Source: the human T2T-CHM13v2.0 reference genome, Homo sapiens
NCBI RefSeq assembly: GCF_009914755.1
Contig: NC_060943.1
DNA: 64,000 nucleotides
Strand: one strand, 5' to 3'
Below are positions 60,191 to 64,000 of this stretch, in pieces; position 1 is the stretch's first letter; each line of letters begins with the position of its first letter. Made by a program: the position numbers and the translations under genes. The notes beneath the pieces are model-generated. The model saw only the letters and a list, made by a program, of their open reading frames with translations. It did not search any database and was not told the origin of the DNA.

Positions 60191-61619
60191 CAAGCCAGGG
60201 CTAGGGGAGACACTTTTTAAGAGAGCACTTGTGGTTCTAGCTCAGAGAGGACCAGACACTTCTGCAGGGTCACACAGCAGGGTCCTGGACAGGATTCCCA
60301 GGGAAAGTGGGGGGCGGGGGTTGTGATGCGAGACCCACGGACAGGACCGGGACCTGACCCTCCAGGACCTTCCAGCTGGAGGGGGGTGTCGTCCCCGCCC
60401 ACCCCCTCCCCCGACGCCCACTGGGCACCTGGGAAGGTGTCCTTACAGCTGACTTCTGCAGGGGAAACTGCCTCTGCACGCTCTGAGGGCACCGGCCCTG
60501 CCAGCCCCAACAGCCACCTGCCCGGCGGCACTCCAGGGCCGGCAGACTGGAGGGAGAATTCCTGCTTCCCCGCTGTGAGCCCCTGCAAGCCTTCAGACCA
60601 GCTCTTGGCCAAAAAGGGAGGCTGAGGCTTGGGGTGGTCAAGGCCTGAGCCAGGGTCCCCAGCCCGGGGCTCACGACTCCTCCTTCAAGGGGCCATCTGC
60701 ACCCTGCATTCATAGAGCCCCCCGTGCAGTGGGGTGGGCACCCTGCCGCACCCTGCATACAGCCGGCTAAGGGCACCGGTGTCCACAGGGACCCAGAGAC
60801 GTCGTTCCAGCTGCCCAGGGCCACACAGCCCACAAGTGACAGGGCCAAGACCGGAACCCAGTACCTGCTGGGCCTGCGGAAGTGGGAGCGGGCACAGGAG
60901 GGTGGGGCGGCTTCCGGAGACGGGGTGGGGTGGGGTGGGGGCAGGTTGATACCTGCCCTGGCGGGGGTGAGGACAGAGGCTGGAAGAGCCGCTTAGCAGG
61001 CTCCCCGCGCAACCCTCAGTCTGTCCGTTTGGAGGGTGGGCGAGGCGTCGGCCAGCTTGCCAGGGTCACGGAAGGGTCGCCTCCCAATTAGAAACCAGCT
61101 TCCCCCTGGCTTCCCGCTCACACCCGCTTTACCGGCTGCTTGAAACAGCCAGAGACCCGCCCCCCGCCCCGCTTCCCCGTGGCTCAGTTGACTCCCGGCT
61201 GGACGGCACGGAGGCAGCTCGGATCCACAGTGTCTGCGGCCTTGCATCCCGGCTTGGGGGTCCGGACCCGCTGGGAACAGCTGGTTCAGATTTAGCCGGG
61301 GAGGCAGCGCGCATTCCTGGCAGTTTGTGGTGAACAGGAATGTGCTGGAAGGCCGGCGGCCGGGCAGCGGGGGGGCGGGGGTGGGGGAGGACGGCAGCGG
61401 CTGGGGGTGGGGCCAGGGGACCTGGGCCCCTGAGCCGGCAGAGACGCGGCGCAGCTGGGCAAGGCAGGGCTGTGTACCCAGCAGCCACCGTTCTCATTCC
61501 TCGGGATCAAAGTTGCCGGCGGGGCGGGGCTGCCCCCGGGCGTGGAAAGCCAAGCTGGGTGGGCTGTGAGCTGGTACTGGGGGGCCTCCCCGCCTTTGCC
61601 TCCTCTGGGCTACGAGCTG

Positions 61620-62266
61620 TTTCCAGGCAGGTGCCAGGTCAGGGGACCCTAACCCAAATAATCCCAGGCAGGTCCAGGTCAGGGGACCCTATCCCAAATA
61701 ATCCCAGGCAGGTCCAGCTCAGGGGACCCTAACCCAAATCATCCCAGGCAGGTCCAGCTCAGGGGACCCTAACCCAAATCATCCCAGGCAGGTCCAGCTC
61801 AGGGGACCCTAACCCAAATCATCCCAGGCAGGTCCAGCTCAGGGGACCCTACCCAAATCATTCCAGGCAGATCTAGCTCAGGGGACCCTAACCCAAATCA
61901 TCCCAGGCAGGTCCAGCTCAGGGGACCCTAACCCAAATCATCCCAGGCAGGTCCAGCTCAGGGGACCCTAACCCAAATCATCCCAGGCAGGTCCAGGTCA
62001 GGGGACCCTACCCAAATCATCCCAGGCAGGTCTAGCTCAGGGGACCCTAACCCAAATCATCCCAGGCAGGTCCAGCTCAGGGGACCCTAACCCAAATCAT
62101 CCCAGGCAGGTCCAGCTCAGGGGACCCTAACCCAAATCATCCTAGGCAGGTCCAGCTCAGGGGACCCTAACCCAAATCATCCCAGGCAGGTCCAGCTCAG
62201 GGGACCCTAACCCAAATCATCCCAGGCAGGTCCAGGTCAGGGGACCCTAACCCAAATAATCCCAGG
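61620..62266. repeat. VNTR, 40-bp unit, 16 copies, CNN2 intron 1
   Basis: Unit AGGGGACCCTAACCCAAATCATCCCAGGCAGGTCCAGCTC from 61641 to 62239. Confidence 0.97.
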
Positions 62267-62344
62267 AAGAGATGAGGAAGCGGAGGCTGAGTGGGGAGCT
62301 GTCCGCGGGAACCTGGGGAGATGGGTGCAGAGCAGGGAGAGGGA

Positions 62345-62667
62345 TTTGATTTTTTTTTTCCTTCTCTCTTTTCTTTCTTTTTTTTTTTAAGACAGAGGCT
62401 CACTCTGTTCCAGGCTGGAGTGAAGTGGCCCGATCTTGGCTCACTGCCTCCTCTGCCTCCTGGGTTCAAGCGATTCTCCTGCCTCAGCCTCCCAAGTAGC
62501 TGGGACTACAGGTGCCCACCACCACGCCCAGCTCATTTTTGTATTTTAGTACAGACGGGATTTCACCATGTGGGCTAGGCCAGTCTCGAACTCCTGACCT
62601 CAGATGATCCGCCCGCCTTGGCCTCCCAAAGTGCTGGGATTGTAGGTGTGAGCCACCGCACCCAGCC
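62345..62667 (-). mobile_element. AluS, antisense
   Basis: Reverse Alu consensus. Confidence 0.92.
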
Positions 62668-63013
62668 CAAACCCTACTTTATTCTCCCTCCAGCGTTTAT
62701 CTCCCGCTCCCGCTACACGACCTGCCCCCATGCTTATGGCCCCCTATACACTTTGCCGTCTGCCTCAGTGCTGTCTCCGCGGTCACTAGTGGCTGGATAG
62801 GGACACTCGAGGTCCCCACTGGTGCACACCCACTGCCCAGGAGCACACAGCCCATTCCCCACGGCGGTGTCTCAGAGCACCGAAGGCCAAGAAAGCTGGA
62901 ATGGCCGGGTGCAGAAAGGTGGCAGGGAATCGGTGGCAAGGAGCCAGGTGCGTGACTAGAGGCGGTCAGCCTCGGGGGCAGCTCCTTCGGGAGTTGCTAA
63001 GAAGCAGGATGGG

Positions 63014-63395
<382 letters not shown>

Positions 63396-63739
63396 TCAGG
63401 TGTGATATAGCGGGGAGGTGAGAAGGCAGGGCGGGGAGGCAGATCCGGCCAGGTTTGTCCTGCACCGGGAGTGGATTAGAGCTGATGTTTATCAGTGAGT
63501 TCTAAGCCGGTTGTCGGCCTGCTTGGAGGGCGGTTTATCTGTGCCCGCCTGCAGTGGCTGGGGCGCCCCCAATGATGGGAAAAGGGAGCATCTGCGTGGG
63601 TGTGGTGAGGGGGGACCTCCAGGCCGCTCTATCTGCTGTTGCCCTGGAGTCCCCGGCCCCACCCTCTGCAGAGCTTCTGTGGGGTTCCTGCTGGGGGTGC
63701 CCCCAGCCCAGCTCAGTCTCGTGCCCTTTGCTCCACCAG

Positions 63740-63861
63740 CTCCTGTCCAAATATGACCCCCAGAAGGAGGCAGAGCTCCGCACCTGGATCGAGGGACTCA
63801 CCGGCCTCTCCATCGGCCCCGACTTCCAGAAGGGCCTGAAGGATGGAACTATCTTATGCAC
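63740..63861 (+). CDS. CNN2: CNN2 exon 2 (start of CH domain); gene continues beyond the window
   Basis: ccag|LLSKYDPQKEAELRTWIEGLTGLSIGPDFQKGLKDGTILC|gtgagt, 122 nt. Confidence 0.97.
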
Positions 63862-64000
63862 GTGAGTACACGCAGGGACACAGGCTGTCTCACACTTAAC
63901 AAATCTTGGTTTTTCTCACTTTTTTTCTTAATTAAGAAATTTTTGGGGGGCCGGGCATGGCCTGGCTCATGCCTGTAATCCCAGCACTTTTGGAGGCCGA

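Noticed and set aside
61620-62266. CRISPR-like or true interstitial telomeric array
   Set aside because: Units are contiguous with no unique spacers, and the hexamer is never tandemly repeated; it is a VNTR

Overview
Human genomic DNA, GC- and Alu-rich, recognisable from its proteins and gene order as chr19p13.3. It contains the last two coding exons and long 3' UTR of ARID3A (+), complete WDR18 (+, 10 coding exons, 432 aa), complete GRIN3B (+, 9 exons, 1043 aa, intact frame), complete TMEM259/membralin (-, 11 exons, 620 aa), an intact U6 snRNA gene with full Pol III type-3 promoter (+, RNU6-2 by position, head-to-head with TMEM259) and the first two coding exons of CNN2 (+). All exon boundaries were read by hand from GT/AG sites and phase-checked. 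I found no convincing new protein-coding gene. The most interesting unexplained structures are: (1) a TMEM259 micro-intron that folds into a near-ideal 5'-tailed mirtron hairpin, with other hairpin-forming micro-introns in all three complete genes; (2) two duplicated uORFs in the TMEM259 leader, in frame with the main ORF; (3) a compact bidirectional poly(A) module where the GRIN3B and TMEM259 3' ends overlap; (4) a 40-bp VNTR carrying a telomeric CCCTAACCC in most units in CNN2 intron 1; (5) four MER20 copies sharing the same GC-ward derived bases; (6) an Alu whose target-site duplication contains the ARID3A branch point. Repeat subfamily names, TF motif consensuses and known variants are from memory and were not database-checked.
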